A program made the position numbers and the translations under genes. The notes beneath the pieces are model-generated. The model made no database searches. It saw only the letters and a list, made by a program, of their open reading frames with translations, and was not told where the DNA came from. Below are positions 19,052 to 27,658 of a DNA stretch of 64,000 bases, piece after piece; position 1 is the stretch's first letter, and the number at the start of each line of letters is the position of its first letter. The stretch lies in contig UQNF01000002.1 of NCBI GenBank assembly GCA_900542285.1, positions 10,376 through 74,375 of the forward strand, written 5' to 3'. The stretch comes from an uncultured Clostridium sp. GTDB lineage: Bacteria > Bacillota > Clostridia > Christensenellales > CAG-138.

Positions 19052-19151
19052 GCCATATACCTCCTACAAACAGCCTTGTTGTTTCCGCACAATAGCGCAA
19101 TTACGCATTCTAAAATACATTATAGCATATCCGCCCTCATAAATAAACACA

Positions 19152-19173
19152 AATATTGGCGTTCTCCAATATT
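19152..19173. promoter_or_regulatory. perfect 8-bp-arm palindrome, candidate operator upstream of the XRE/brxA promoter
   Basis: AATATTGG-N6-CCAATATT at 19152-19173. On the minus strand it sits just upstream of an extended -10 (TGCTATAAT; TATAAT = 19119-19124). Confidence 0.35.
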
Positions 19174-19259
19174 TTTACTTGTTTTTCAAGTTTTGTTCTC
19201 CAAATATGAAACTGAAACACACAGTCGATGAGCCATGCACCAGTTGACGGAACGAATAA

Positions 19260-19523
19260 ATGATTTGCGAGATTCCACAAATTGACAAGGAGGCTCTTTC
19301 GCAGATAGTTAATTCCTTCCGGAAGAATTGGGATTCCATCATAGAGCGTCTGAACGGAGTCCATTTCGGAAGCTGCACCGAGCCGCTTATCAGTCATATT
19401 CTCTCCGAAAGGCTTTCAAGGAATCCCCTTGCGTGGAGCAGGGGAGGCCTCGGCAAGCCGGCTATGCTCCGCATATTCACCGAGAACGGCGGCAAGGCTG
19501 CTGCCGAACATATCCGGGTTTGA
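19260..19523 (+). pseudogene. transposase C-terminal fragment (ISLre2/UPF0236-like)
   Basis: ..NWDSIIERL..GSCTEPLISHILSERLSRNPLAWSRGGLGKPAMLRIFTENGGK resembles the conserved C-terminal block (..sH..s.RlssrPmgWS..Ga..ma.LR....NGG) of this transposase family. No catalytic part is present. Assignment from memory. Confidence 0.4.
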
Positions 19524-19723
19524 ATGGAAAAGCTGGAACGAGCAAAGGACAACAACGCCCTTAGAAACGGGCTTGAGATATATAACAAATACGCCGAAAA
19601 GCTATGTACGCTTTCGGCGATCCCTTGCTTTAACTTTCACCAACACGATCAGCGTTGGGCGTCATCAATATTCCATTATTAAGATTTCTGATTTACGGGA
19701 ATAACGGAGTGATTGCGGGAAAG

Positions 19724-20770
19724 CTAATTGAGCCTGAAATAGCATGTGTTCTTGCCATTGCCCTCTCGCTTCAGTTCGCCCGAGTCCACAAGCTTTCTGA
19801 GTGCGCCCTCGATTGAGCTGTCGCTGAGCGTGGGACACAGCTCTCTAATATCCTGTTTATTGAATCGGCCGATCTTTTTCAGGGTCGCCCTCCTCACCAT
19901 TTCATGCGCAGGAAGTTTTGCTTCGATGAGTTCAAACCTTTCTTCAAAATCCTTATATGCTGCAAGGATTGTTCCGAGAAGATAGTTGATGAATGGTGTT
20001 GCATCCTCTTCAACGTCGTGCCAACCCGTCTGCGCCTTGGCAAGCGCATCATAGTACAGGTCTTTAGTCTGGGCAATCTTGGCTTCAAGCGATATGTACC
20101 TGCCCACATAGAAGCCATTTCTATATAGAAGCAGGGTGGTTAAGAGCCTGCTCATTCTGCCGTTCCCATCGTTAAACGGATGAATGCACAGAAAATCATG
20201 GATGAATACCGGAATTGCAATCAGCGGTTCAACCTCCATGTTGCCTATCACCCGATTGTATTCCTCGCAAATCCTGTCGAGCGCCTCCGGAGTCTCATAT
20301 GGTGCAAGCGGAGTAAACAGGGTTTCCATCCTGCCGCCCGGATAGGCAGCGCTGATATAGTTCTGCACCGATTTGGTTCTTCCTGCCATTGGGTTGTTGG
20401 TGTGGCTGTACATAATCTTATGCAGCTGAAGGATATAGTTCTGCGTAATCGGAATAACATCAAAGCTTTCATGGATGATGGATAGCGCCTCCCGGTAGCC
20501 GGCTATCTCCTGCTCATTGCGATCCCTGGGCGTTGTCTTTTCATTAATGATCTGTCGGAGGCGTGAACTCGTGGTGACGATTCCCTCGATGGCATTTGAT
20601 GTTTCGGTGCTCTGTATCATTGCAATATCAACAAGCTTGTCGAGTTTTTCGGGGCGCTGATTCAAATAGAGCTCCTGCTTGCCTGCGTACCTGTAAATGG
20701 CCGCAATCAGTCCAAGGGTATCCGATCCCCACTTTTGATCCTTTATGGAAGAGTAATTAAAGATTCTCAT
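19724..20770 (-). CDS. Fic family protein (AMPylase type) with C-terminal winged-helix domain
   Basis: Fic motif HPFNDGNGRMSRLL. N-terminal Fic_N-like region and a C-terminal wHTH-like tail. Start at ATG 20770 (GGAGG upstream); the ORF is open to 21001. Confidence 0.85.
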   Translation of the reverse strand: MRIFNYSSIKDQKWGSDTLGLIAAIYRYAGKQELYLNQRPEKLDKLVDIAMIQSTETSNAIEGIVTTSSRLRQIINEKTTPRDRNEQEIAGYREALSIIHESFDVIPITQNYILQLHKIMYSHTNNPMAGRTKSVQNYISAAYPGGRMETLFTPLAPYETPEALDRICEEYNRVIGNMEVEPLIAIPVFIHDFLCIHPFNDGNGRMSRLLTTLLLYRNGFYVGRYISLEAKIAQTKDLYYDALAKAQTGWHDVEEDATPFINYLLGTILAAYKDFEERFELIEAKLPAHEMVRRATLKKIGRFNKQDIRELCPTLSDSSIEGALRKLVDSGELKREGNGKNTCYFRLN

Positions 20771-20986
20771 ATCCTTGCCTCCGATGTTATTACCTTTAAT
20801 ATTAGCATAAAACAATGCATTTTTCAAGCATTTGCAGATTATTCCCTTATTATCATGCTCAAAATACGGTATTAGATTCATATTCAGCTTTGAAGGCTTG
20901 ACAGCAGGCGCATTATTTTGTAACATTCTATTTACGGAGTTTACATCTGAGTACAGTAAAAAGAATAAAGGATGGGGGGCGAAAAA

Positions 20987-22114
20987 TTGAAGCTGATTCA
21001 TCTGTCGGATTTACACATTGGAAAGCGTGTCAATGGTTTTTCTATGCTTGACGACCAGAAGCGCATATTGGAGCAGATCATTGGAATAGTCGATGCGGAG
21101 CAGCCGGATGCGGTGATAATTGCAGGCGATGTCTATGATAAATCAGTACCGTCTACGGATGCCGTACAGGTTTTTGACGATTTTCTATACTGCTTATCGC
21201 GGCGCAAAATTCATGTATTTGTCATAAGCGGCAACCACGATTCACCGGAGCGCATTGCCTTTGGTTCCCGGATAATGGATGCCGGCGGCATTCATATGTC
21301 GCAGGTATACGGAGGGAAGCTGAATCCTACCGTCCTTTATGACGAATGGGGAGCTGTGGATGTGTATATGCTGCCATTTATCAAGCCTGCTCATGTCAGA
21401 AGCTTCCGCCAAGATGCGGAGATAACATCCTATACGGATGCCGTCCGCACTGCGCTGGAAGGCTTGCCCTTATGCAGCGAGAATCGCAATGTTCTTATCA
21501 CACATCAGTTCATAACAAATGCGGAAAGATCCGAATCGGAGGAGGTATCCGTCGGCGGCGCGGATAATGTGGACGCCGATGTTTTCGATGGCTTCGACTA
21601 TGTGGCACTGGGTCACATTCATAAGCCGCAGTTCATCGGCCGCGAAACCATACGCTACTGCGGCACGCCGCTGAAATATTCCCTGTCCGAGGCGGATCAT
21701 AACAAGACCGTCACCATAGTGGAGATGACAGAAAAGGGTCATATCAACATCCGTGAGCTGCCGCTGCTGGCGCCGCGCGAAATTAAGAAGCTAAAGGGGA
21801 CATTCGAAGAATTGACCCGAATTAGGGAGCTGATGGGCGATGATTATTACTACATCACCCTCACCGATGAAGATGATATTCCAAACGCCCTGACTCGGCT
21901 TAGGGATTTTTATCCGAATTTGATGAAGCTGGATTATGATAACAAGCGTACTCGAACGGACCGACAGGTGGGTATTGCGGATGATGTTGACAGCAAGACG
22001 CCAATAAAGCTGTTTGAGGAGCTGTACGAGCTTCAGAACAATCAGCCCATGAGCGAAGAGCAGCGAAGCTATGTCAACACACTTATCGAAAAGATTTGGG
22101 AGGGCAGCCTATGA
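20987..22114 (+). CDS. sbcD: exonuclease SbcCD, nuclease subunit D
   Basis: Calcineurin-like phosphoesterase motifs IHLSDLHIG, AGDVYD, GNHD and GHIH. TTG start at 20987 gives the canonical N-terminus; an in-frame ATG at 20972 is the alternative. Confidence 0.85.
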   Translation: MKLIHLSDLHIGKRVNGFSMLDDQKRILEQIIGIVDAEQPDAVIIAGDVYDKSVPSTDAVQVFDDFLYCLSRRKIHVFVISGNHDSPERIAFGSRIMDAGGIHMSQVYGGKLNPTVLYDEWGAVDVYMLPFIKPAHVRSFRQDAEITSYTDAVRTALEGLPLCSENRNVLITHQFITNAERSESEEVSVGGADNVDADVFDGFDYVALGHIHKPQFIGRETIRYCGTPLKYSLSEADHNKTVTIVEMTEKGHINIRELPLLAPREIKKLKGTFEELTRIRELMGDDYYYITLTDEDDIPNALTRLRDFYPNLMKLDYDNKRTRTDRQVGIADDVDSKTPIKLFEELYELQNNQPMSEEQRSYVNTLIEKIWEGSL

Positions 22115-24894
22115 GACCATTGCGTTTGAAGATGTCAGCCTTTGGCCCATATGCAGGGTGCGAAGAGCTTGATATGGAAAGGCTTGGCGATAACGGTATC
22201 TATCTCATCTGCGGAGATACGGGCGCAGGCAAAACCACCATTTTTGATGCCATAACCTATGCGCTGTACGGAAAAGCCAGCGGCAGGATGCGTGAGCCGT
22301 CAACGATGCGTTCAAAATATGCCGAGCCGGAGACCCCAACCTTGGTTGAATTGGTTTTCTCATACGGCGGAAAGGAATACACCGTTCGCCGCAATCCCGA
22401 ATATGAACGTCCCTCCAGAAACGGAGCGAAAATGGTTACGCAGAAAGCGGATGCCGAGCTGATTCGCCCGGATGGCAGTGTCATAACCGGAACGACCGCC
22501 GTCACGAAAGCGTCGAGGGAGATTTTGGGCGTCGATTATCAGCAGTTTTCGCAGATAGCCATGATAGCTCAAGGGGATTTCCGCGAGCTGCTGTTTGCCG
22601 ATACGACCAAAAGGCAGGAGATATTCCGCAATATCTTTCAGACGGATTATTTCAAAAAGCTGCAGGACGAGCTGAAAGCCGATGCCAATTCGCTTAATCA
22701 AAGATTCGGCGAGGCGCAGCGAGTGCTGAAAGGCTTTGTTCAGAACATTGCCTGCCCGGATGACAGTCCGCATACGGATGCGGTGAAGCGTATAAAGGAT
22801 TGCGCCGCGTCAATGTCACCGGCATTTACAGCCGACGAAATAATTGAAACGGTCAATGATTTGATTAGAGCCGATGAAGAATCGGAGGAGCTTTTCAGGC
22901 AGCAAGCCGAACCCATTACGCTGGAGATTGAAGCGGTGGGAGCACAGCTCGGCATGGCGGAAGCGCGGGAGAAAGCGTTGGCGGATTTGGAAAAATCAAA
23001 TGAGGAACTTAAAGCCAAGGAAGCTTTGCTCGAGAAGCTGACGACTGCCTTGAATGATGAAGAAGCCAAATCACCGCTGCTCGATGAACGAAGAAAGGAG
23101 CTTGCACGGCTCGAGGCTCAAATGCCGCAGTATGATGAGCTGGCTGAGATTGAAAAAGCCTTTGCTGCGATTGAAAAAACCATTGCGGATAACAATAGAT
23201 CGTGCGAAGAGCTGACCAAAAAGGCGGAGGATATCAAAAGCCGAAGGGAGGAAAGAGAGCGGCAGCACAAGGAGCTTGAGGATGCCGGAGTTCAGAGGGA
23301 ACGCATAAGCAACGAATTGAGCAAGGCGAAGGAAAGGCTGGATTCGCTGAAAAAGCTGGCTATTGAGCAGAGGGATTTTGAGGTCTATCGCTCCATACTG
23401 AAGGACAAACAGGACGATTACAGAAAGGCGGATGAGAGAGCCGCAGAGCTTCAGAATGAACATCTGCGTTTGAACAGGCTGTTTCTGAGCGCCCAAGCCG
23501 GAATACTTGCGCAGACCCTTGAGGAGGGCAAGCCCTGCCCCGTGTGCGGTTCGTACGACCATCCGTGCATTGCCGCACTGTCGAGCGATGTCCCGACGGA
23601 GGATTCCGTGGAAGAAGCGAGGATTAAAGCCGATAGGGCGCAGGCTTTGGCGAAGAAGGCGAGCGAAGATGCAGCGGAGGCCAAGAATAATGCGGACCGC
23701 AGGAAGGCGGTGCTGCTCGAACATGCCGAAACGCTTTTTGAGGGCTGTGACGAAGAACACATCGTTATTCTGCTGAAAAACGCCCGCAGCGATGCGGAAG
23801 CGAAGCTGATAGAGCTGGAAGAAGCATTCAGGCGTGAAGAAAACCGGATTAAGGCAAGGGAGCAATTGGAAGCTCTTATCCGGGATGATGGTATTGAGCT
23901 TGAAAGAGCAGACAAGCAATTATCCGATTTGAACGCCGGCATTTCCGCCGACTCGGCCAAGCGGCAGGCCTATATGCAGCAGGAACAGTCGCTCCGTGAA
24001 AAGCTTGCATTTCCAAGCAGAGAGGCTGCCAAGGCGCGCAGGGATGAATTGAGCAGGCAGATCAGGCAGATGGAGAATGCGCTCAAATCGGCACAGGAGT
24101 CGCTCAATTCCTGCAAAAGGGAGCTTGCAGGCATTAGGGGACGCATTGAGCAGGCGCAGCAGCAGCTATCCGAAACAGAGGTTTTTGACAAGGAACAGCT
24201 AATAGAAACAAGCGATGAGCTTAAGGCGAAGCAGAGGCGATTGACAGAGCTTCAAAAGTCCGTCTTTGCACGGCTTGAAACCAACAGAAAGGTGCGAGAT
24301 GACATAGTAAAGCAGCTGAGCGAGCTAACGGCTTTGGAGCATAGGACGGCTTGGATCGGCGCACTATCCAATACTGCCAACGGACAGGTCAGGGGCAAGG
24401 AGAAGATCACGCTCGAAACCTTCATTCAGATGGCGTATTTTGACCGCATTATTGTCAGGGCCAACAGACGCTTGGACGTAATGACGGGCGGACAGTATTC
24501 GCTCCGGCGGCATAGCGATGCGGATCAGTTTAGAAGCCAGAGCGGATTGGAGCTGGATGTCATAGACCATTATAACGGTACGATCAGAAGCGTTACATCG
24601 CTGTCCGGAGGCGAAACGTTCAAAGCGTCGCTCTCACTGGCGCTTGGCTTGGCAGACGAGGTGCAGTCGTCCGCCGGAGGTATCCAATTGGATACCATGT
24701 TCATCGACGAGGGCTTCGGAACGTTGGACGATGAATCACGCCGGCAGGCAATACAAACACTGTGCAGCTTGTCCGGAGGCAGTCGCCTTGTGGGAATAAT
24801 CTCCCATGTTCCGGAACTGAAGGAGCGTATTGAAAGACAGATAATAGTACGCAAGGATAAATCCAATGGCAGCAGTACGGAGATTTGCATTTAG
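22111..24894 (+). CDS. sbcC: exonuclease SbcCD, ATPase subunit C
   Basis: Walker A GDTGAGKTTIFDAITYALYG, long coiled coils, zinc hook CPVCGS, signature LSGGETF, Walker B MFIDEGFGTLD. Confidence 0.85.
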   Translation: MRPLRLKMSAFGPYAGCEELDMERLGDNGIYLICGDTGAGKTTIFDAITYALYGKASGRMREPSTMRSKYAEPETPTLVELVFSYGGKEYTVRRNPEYERPSRNGAKMVTQKADAELIRPDGSVITGTTAVTKASREILGVDYQQFSQIAMIAQGDFRELLFADTTKRQEIFRNIFQTDYFKKLQDELKADANSLNQRFGEAQRVLKGFVQNIACPDDSPHTDAVKRIKDCAASMSPAFTADEIIETVNDLIRADEESEELFRQQAEPITLEIEAVGAQLGMAEAREKALADLEKSNEELKAKEALLEKLTTALNDEEAKSPLLDERRKELARLEAQMPQYDELAEIEKAFAAIEKTIADNNRSCEELTKKAEDIKSRREERERQHKELEDAGVQRERISNELSKAKERLDSLKKLAIEQRDFEVYRSILKDKQDDYRKADERAAELQNEHLRLNRLFLSAQAGILAQTLEEGKPCPVCGSYDHPCIAALSSDVPTEDSVEEARIKADRAQALAKKASEDAAEAKNNADRRKAVLLEHAETLFEGCDEEHIVILLKNARSDAEAKLIELEEAFRREENRIKAREQLEALIRDDGIELERADKQLSDLNAGISADSAKRQAYMQQEQSLREKLAFPSREAAKARRDELSRQIRQMENALKSAQESLNSCKRELAGIRGRIEQAQQQLSETEVFDKEQLIETSDELKAKQRRLTELQKSVFARLETNRKVRDDIVKQLSELTALEHRTAWIGALSNTANGQVRGKEKITLETFIQMAYFDRIIVRANRRLDVMTGGQYSLRRHSDADQFRSQSGLELDVIDHYNGTIRSVTSLSGGETFKASLSLALGLADEVQSSAGGIQLDTMFIDEGFGTLDDESRRQAIQTLCSLSGGSRLVGIISHVPELKERIERQIIVRKDKSNGSSTEICI

Positions 24895-24967
24895 GCCCGA
24901 ACCCGATTCTCCTTCACCGCTTCGATTTTCTCCGGTATCGTTTGTTTCGGCTGAGCCAACACTGCCG

Positions 24968-24996
24968 TTGACGGCCGGGCTTTCACATGGTATAAT
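24968..24996 (+). promoter_or_regulatory. near-consensus sigma-70 promoter (TTGACG-N17-TATAAT), copy 1 of a duplicated promoter cassette
   Basis: TTGACG at 24968-24973 and TATAAT at 24991-24996 with a 17-nt spacer, followed by AAGGAGA at 25021-25027. It is 61/68 identical to the minus-strand cassette at 43268-43335. Confidence 0.5.
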
Positions 24997-25077
24997 GAAC
25001 TAAATGTCAAAGCCAAAACCAAGGAGAATTATTATTATACACCGCAATACTTCAACGGTGTACCGCAATACTTCACC

Positions 25078-25272
25078 GGGTTGATGAAGCAGCTGAGCCG
25101 GCAGGGTGTGCCTGCAAAAGATGATCGGGAGCTCATGGCAGACCGGTTTTGTCTGTCCGTTTCCGTAAGGATAATGGGTTGATGAAGCAGCTGAGCCGGC
25201 AGGGTGTGCCTGTAGAAGATGATCGGGAGCTCATGGCAGACCGGTTTTGTCTGCCGTTTCCGTAAGGATAAA
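25078..25272 (+). repeat. 2 x ~98-bp tandem direct repeat with embedded hairpins and mini-ORFs
   Basis: Unit 1 is 25078-25175 and unit 2 is 25176-25272; they differ by 2 substitutions and 1 single-nt indel. Each unit contains the hairpins GCAGG-gtgtg-CCTGC and GGCAGAC-cggtttt-GTCTGCC. Confidence 0.9.
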
Positions 25273-25445
25273 TCGCTGTGACCGGGAACCGGATCGTGAC
25301 CGGGAAGTCTTGGAAACAGTATTGTGGGGGGAGTGGGCATTGCAGGTTCGGAATAACGAAGAAGTGAAGAGCAGACTGCTGTATTTCAAAAGCCGGTTGG
25401 ACGGCATTTGATGTATAAATAGGGATTTGAGGAGAGGATAAGCGT

Positions 25446-26021
25446 ATGATGAATCAGAAGATCACGATTCGCCCGGAGGAACATAAGGATTATAAGAGCA
25501 TTGTTTCTCTAATACTGCGTTCGTTTCAGGAAGGCACGGACTATTCCGACGGAACCGATATTATTGCATTAGTTGAGGAAATCAGAGATTCAAAATATTA
25601 TATTCCGGAATTGTCCTTTGTGGCTGAACTGGATAACAAAGTGGTGGGGCACTTTTTATTTTCAAAATTTCCGTTGTCTCCCACAAGAGATGGCGGACAT
25701 GGCGACGGGAGCGATTCCGAAATCGTTATGCTGGCGCCCGTATCTGTTCATGCGGATTATTTTCGCCAAGGAATCGGAACCGCTATGTTGATGATGGGAA
25801 TTGAGAAAGTGAGAGAATTGGGCTATAAAGGAATAACCGTTGAAGGAAATTATAAATTTTATAACCAAGTCGGATTTCGCACATCATCAGATTACAATAT
25901 CTTTCCAACCGGTGGTTACCCAATGAAAGAACCGCGGTGCATGATGTGTCAGGAAACATATGACGGATCATTGGACGGCATACATGGCTATATCGTTTAT
26001 GACATGTACTTCAATGCATAA
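25446..26021 (+). CDS. GNAT family N-acetyltransferase
   Basis: 191 aa. Acetyl-CoA motif A FRQGIGTAMLMMGIEKVRELGYKGI. YhbS-like overall layout. Confidence 0.8.
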   Translation: MMNQKITIRPEEHKDYKSIVSLILRSFQEGTDYSDGTDIIALVEEIRDSKYYIPELSFVAELDNKVVGHFLFSKFPLSPTRDGGHGDGSDSEIVMLAPVSVHADYFRQGIGTAMLMMGIEKVRELGYKGITVEGNYKFYNQVGFRTSSDYNIFPTGGYPMKEPRCMMCQETYDGSLDGIHGYIVYDMYFNA

Positions 26022-26096
26022 AAATGAAGTCATTTCTACGCTAAGCAACCGATACAGTCCGATTTACGGAAACTGATAAAAGCCCTTTTGCAGAGC

Positions 26097-26134
26097 GTGC
26101 AGCTGTGTCCTTCCGGGTATGGCTGCACTTTTTT
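26097..26134 (+). terminator. rho-independent terminator after the GNAT gene
   Basis: Stem GTGCAGC (26097-26103) / GCTGCAC (26122-26128) followed by TTTTTT. Confidence 0.55.
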
Positions 26135-26358
26135 GAACCGCATACATACCGAACGATGACAAGCGCAGAATCCATAAACCGGACGCATATGCATACGGAA
26201 AATGTCAATATGCAGCCTTTTTATGCTGCAGGTTCTTTTCTCTTTTCCGCCAGACGGAGCGTGACAGAATGCGCGGAGCGTGGTATAATGAACCGATTTT
26301 ACCGAAATAGGTCAAAATTAACAAAAAATCCACATTTTATACGGGAGTTTATGATAAA

Positions 26359-26826
26359 ATGATTGCAGTATCGGCATGCCTGCTCGGAATATGCTGCCGC
26401 TATGACGGCGGCTGCGCAGTCAACCATGAACTGAAGGAGCTGTATGCCAAGGGGCTTGCCGTCCCGGTATGCCCCGAATGCGAGGGAGGACTTCCTACCC
26501 CCAGAACTCCGGCGGAGATCGTCGGGGGAAGCGGAGAGGACGTGCTTGACGGAAACGCCTCGGTCGTAACAAGGGACGGCCGCGATGTGACGGCGGAATA
26601 TGTGCTTGGTGCGGAAAGGATACTGGCAAAGCTTGGCGAACTCGGCATAGACCGCTGCGTGCTCAAAAGCCGCAGTCCGTCCTGCGGAGCAGGGACCATC
26701 TATGACGGAAGCTTTTCGGGGAAAACCGTCCCCGGCAATGGCGTTGCCGCCGCGCTGTTTAAGCGAAGCGGAATAAGGGTCGAATGTGCCGACGCCTCTC
26801 GGGATGTCAATACCACCGGAGTCTGA
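26359..26826 (+). CDS. DUF523 (YbbK-like) protein
   Basis: N-terminal SACLLGICCRYDGG and the CPE..GGLPTPR block are typical of DUF523. Confidence 0.75.
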   Translation: MIAVSACLLGICCRYDGGCAVNHELKELYAKGLAVPVCPECEGGLPTPRTPAEIVGGSGEDVLDGNASVVTRDGRDVTAEYVLGAERILAKLGELGIDRCVLKSRSPSCGAGTIYDGSFSGKTVPGNGVAAALFKRSGIRVECADASRDVNTTGV

Positions 26827-26835
26827 GCGGTTCCT

Positions 26836-26941
26836 AAAGCCGCCGCAAAAGGCGTAGCAGTTCGGGAGAAAGCAACACCACCGTTTTCCGGGCGGTGTAT
26901 CGAAAGCCGCCGCAAAAGCTTATCTGTTCGGGAGAAAGCAA
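26836..26941 (+). repeat. two ~40-nt direct repeats in the response-regulator 5' region
   Basis: aaagccgccgcaaaag-[7-8 nt variable]-gttcgggagaaagcaa occurs at 26836-26875 and 26903-26941. The second copy supplies the RBS and the A of the start codon. Confidence 0.85.
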
Positions 26942-27636
26942 TGGATAATGAACGAATACTGGTTATAGACGACGATGAAAACATAGTCAGGATACTGACC
27001 CTATATCTTAGGAGCAAGGGCTACGACGTCGTGAGCTGCAAGAGCGGCAGCCGCGCACTGTCGGTATTCACGGATACCAAGCCGGATCTGGTGCTTTTGG
27101 ATGTGATGCTGCCCGGCATGGACGGCAGGGAAATACTTTCTAAGATCCGGAAGCTCAGCCGTACACCTGTAATAATGCTGACCGCCAAGGGCGAGACCGA
27201 TGACCGCATCCATGCGCTGGACGGCGGAGCGGACGATTACATAGTCAAGCCCTTCGATTCCAAGGAGCTGTTCGCACGCATTCGCGCCGTGCTGCGCCGC
27301 TCATCCTCCTCCGGTAACAAGACCGGGAGCAGGCGTGTGGAATTTGCAAACATCTCGGTGGATTTTGATAATTATACCGTTATGAAGAACGGCGAGAAGG
27401 TCCGAATGTCGCCCAAGGAGATAGAACTTTTGTACTATCTTGCTTCGAACCTCGGCAGGGCGATAACGAGGAGCGAGCTTCTGCGCGCTGTCTGGGGCGA
27501 GGACTATTTCGGCGACGGAAGGACGCTTGACGTTCACATAAAGCGCATTCGCTCCCATCTCGGAACCGATAACCCATGGAAGATCACGACTATCTGCTCT
27601 GTCGGCTATAAGCTGGAGCTGACGGACAACGAGTGA
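26941..27636 (+). CDS. OmpR-family response regulator
   Basis: Receiver domain (ILVIDDDENI, DLVLLDVMLPGMDG, MLTAKG) plus a winged-helix trans_reg_C domain (..VHIKRIRSHL..GYKLE). Confidence 0.9.
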   Translation: MDNERILVIDDDENIVRILTLYLRSKGYDVVSCKSGSRALSVFTDTKPDLVLLDVMLPGMDGREILSKIRKLSRTPVIMLTAKGETDDRIHALDGGADDYIVKPFDSKELFARIRAVLRRSSSSGNKTGSRRVEFANISVDFDNYTVMKNGEKVRMSPKEIELLYYLASNLGRAITRSELLRAVWGEDYFGDGRTLDVHIKRIRSHLGTDNPWKITTICSVGYKLELTDNE

Positions 27637-27658
27637 CGGAAAACAATGACGCCGAGCG

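Larger units (their letters stand above)
14100..20970. other. AT-richer accessory (defence) island between core genes
   Basis: Base composition is visibly more AT-rich than the flanks. Content is a BREX remnant, an XRE regulator, a transposase fragment and Fic. Flanked by dinB/lipoprotein on the left and sbcDC on the right. Confidence 0.6.

Noticed and set aside
25078-25272. Assignment of the 98-bp unit to a known riboswitch class (c-di-GMP, fluoride, guanidine I-III, ZTP, preQ1 and T-box compared by eye).
   Set aside because: None of the conserved cores I remember for these classes is present, so the region is left as an unclassified structured repeat. A covariance-model scan is needed.
25035-25340. 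101-aa minus-strand ORF spanning the tandem repeat.
   Set aside because: Its length is produced by the duplicated unit. It has no RBS, and its composition is Pro/Arg-rich nonsense typical of an antisense frame.
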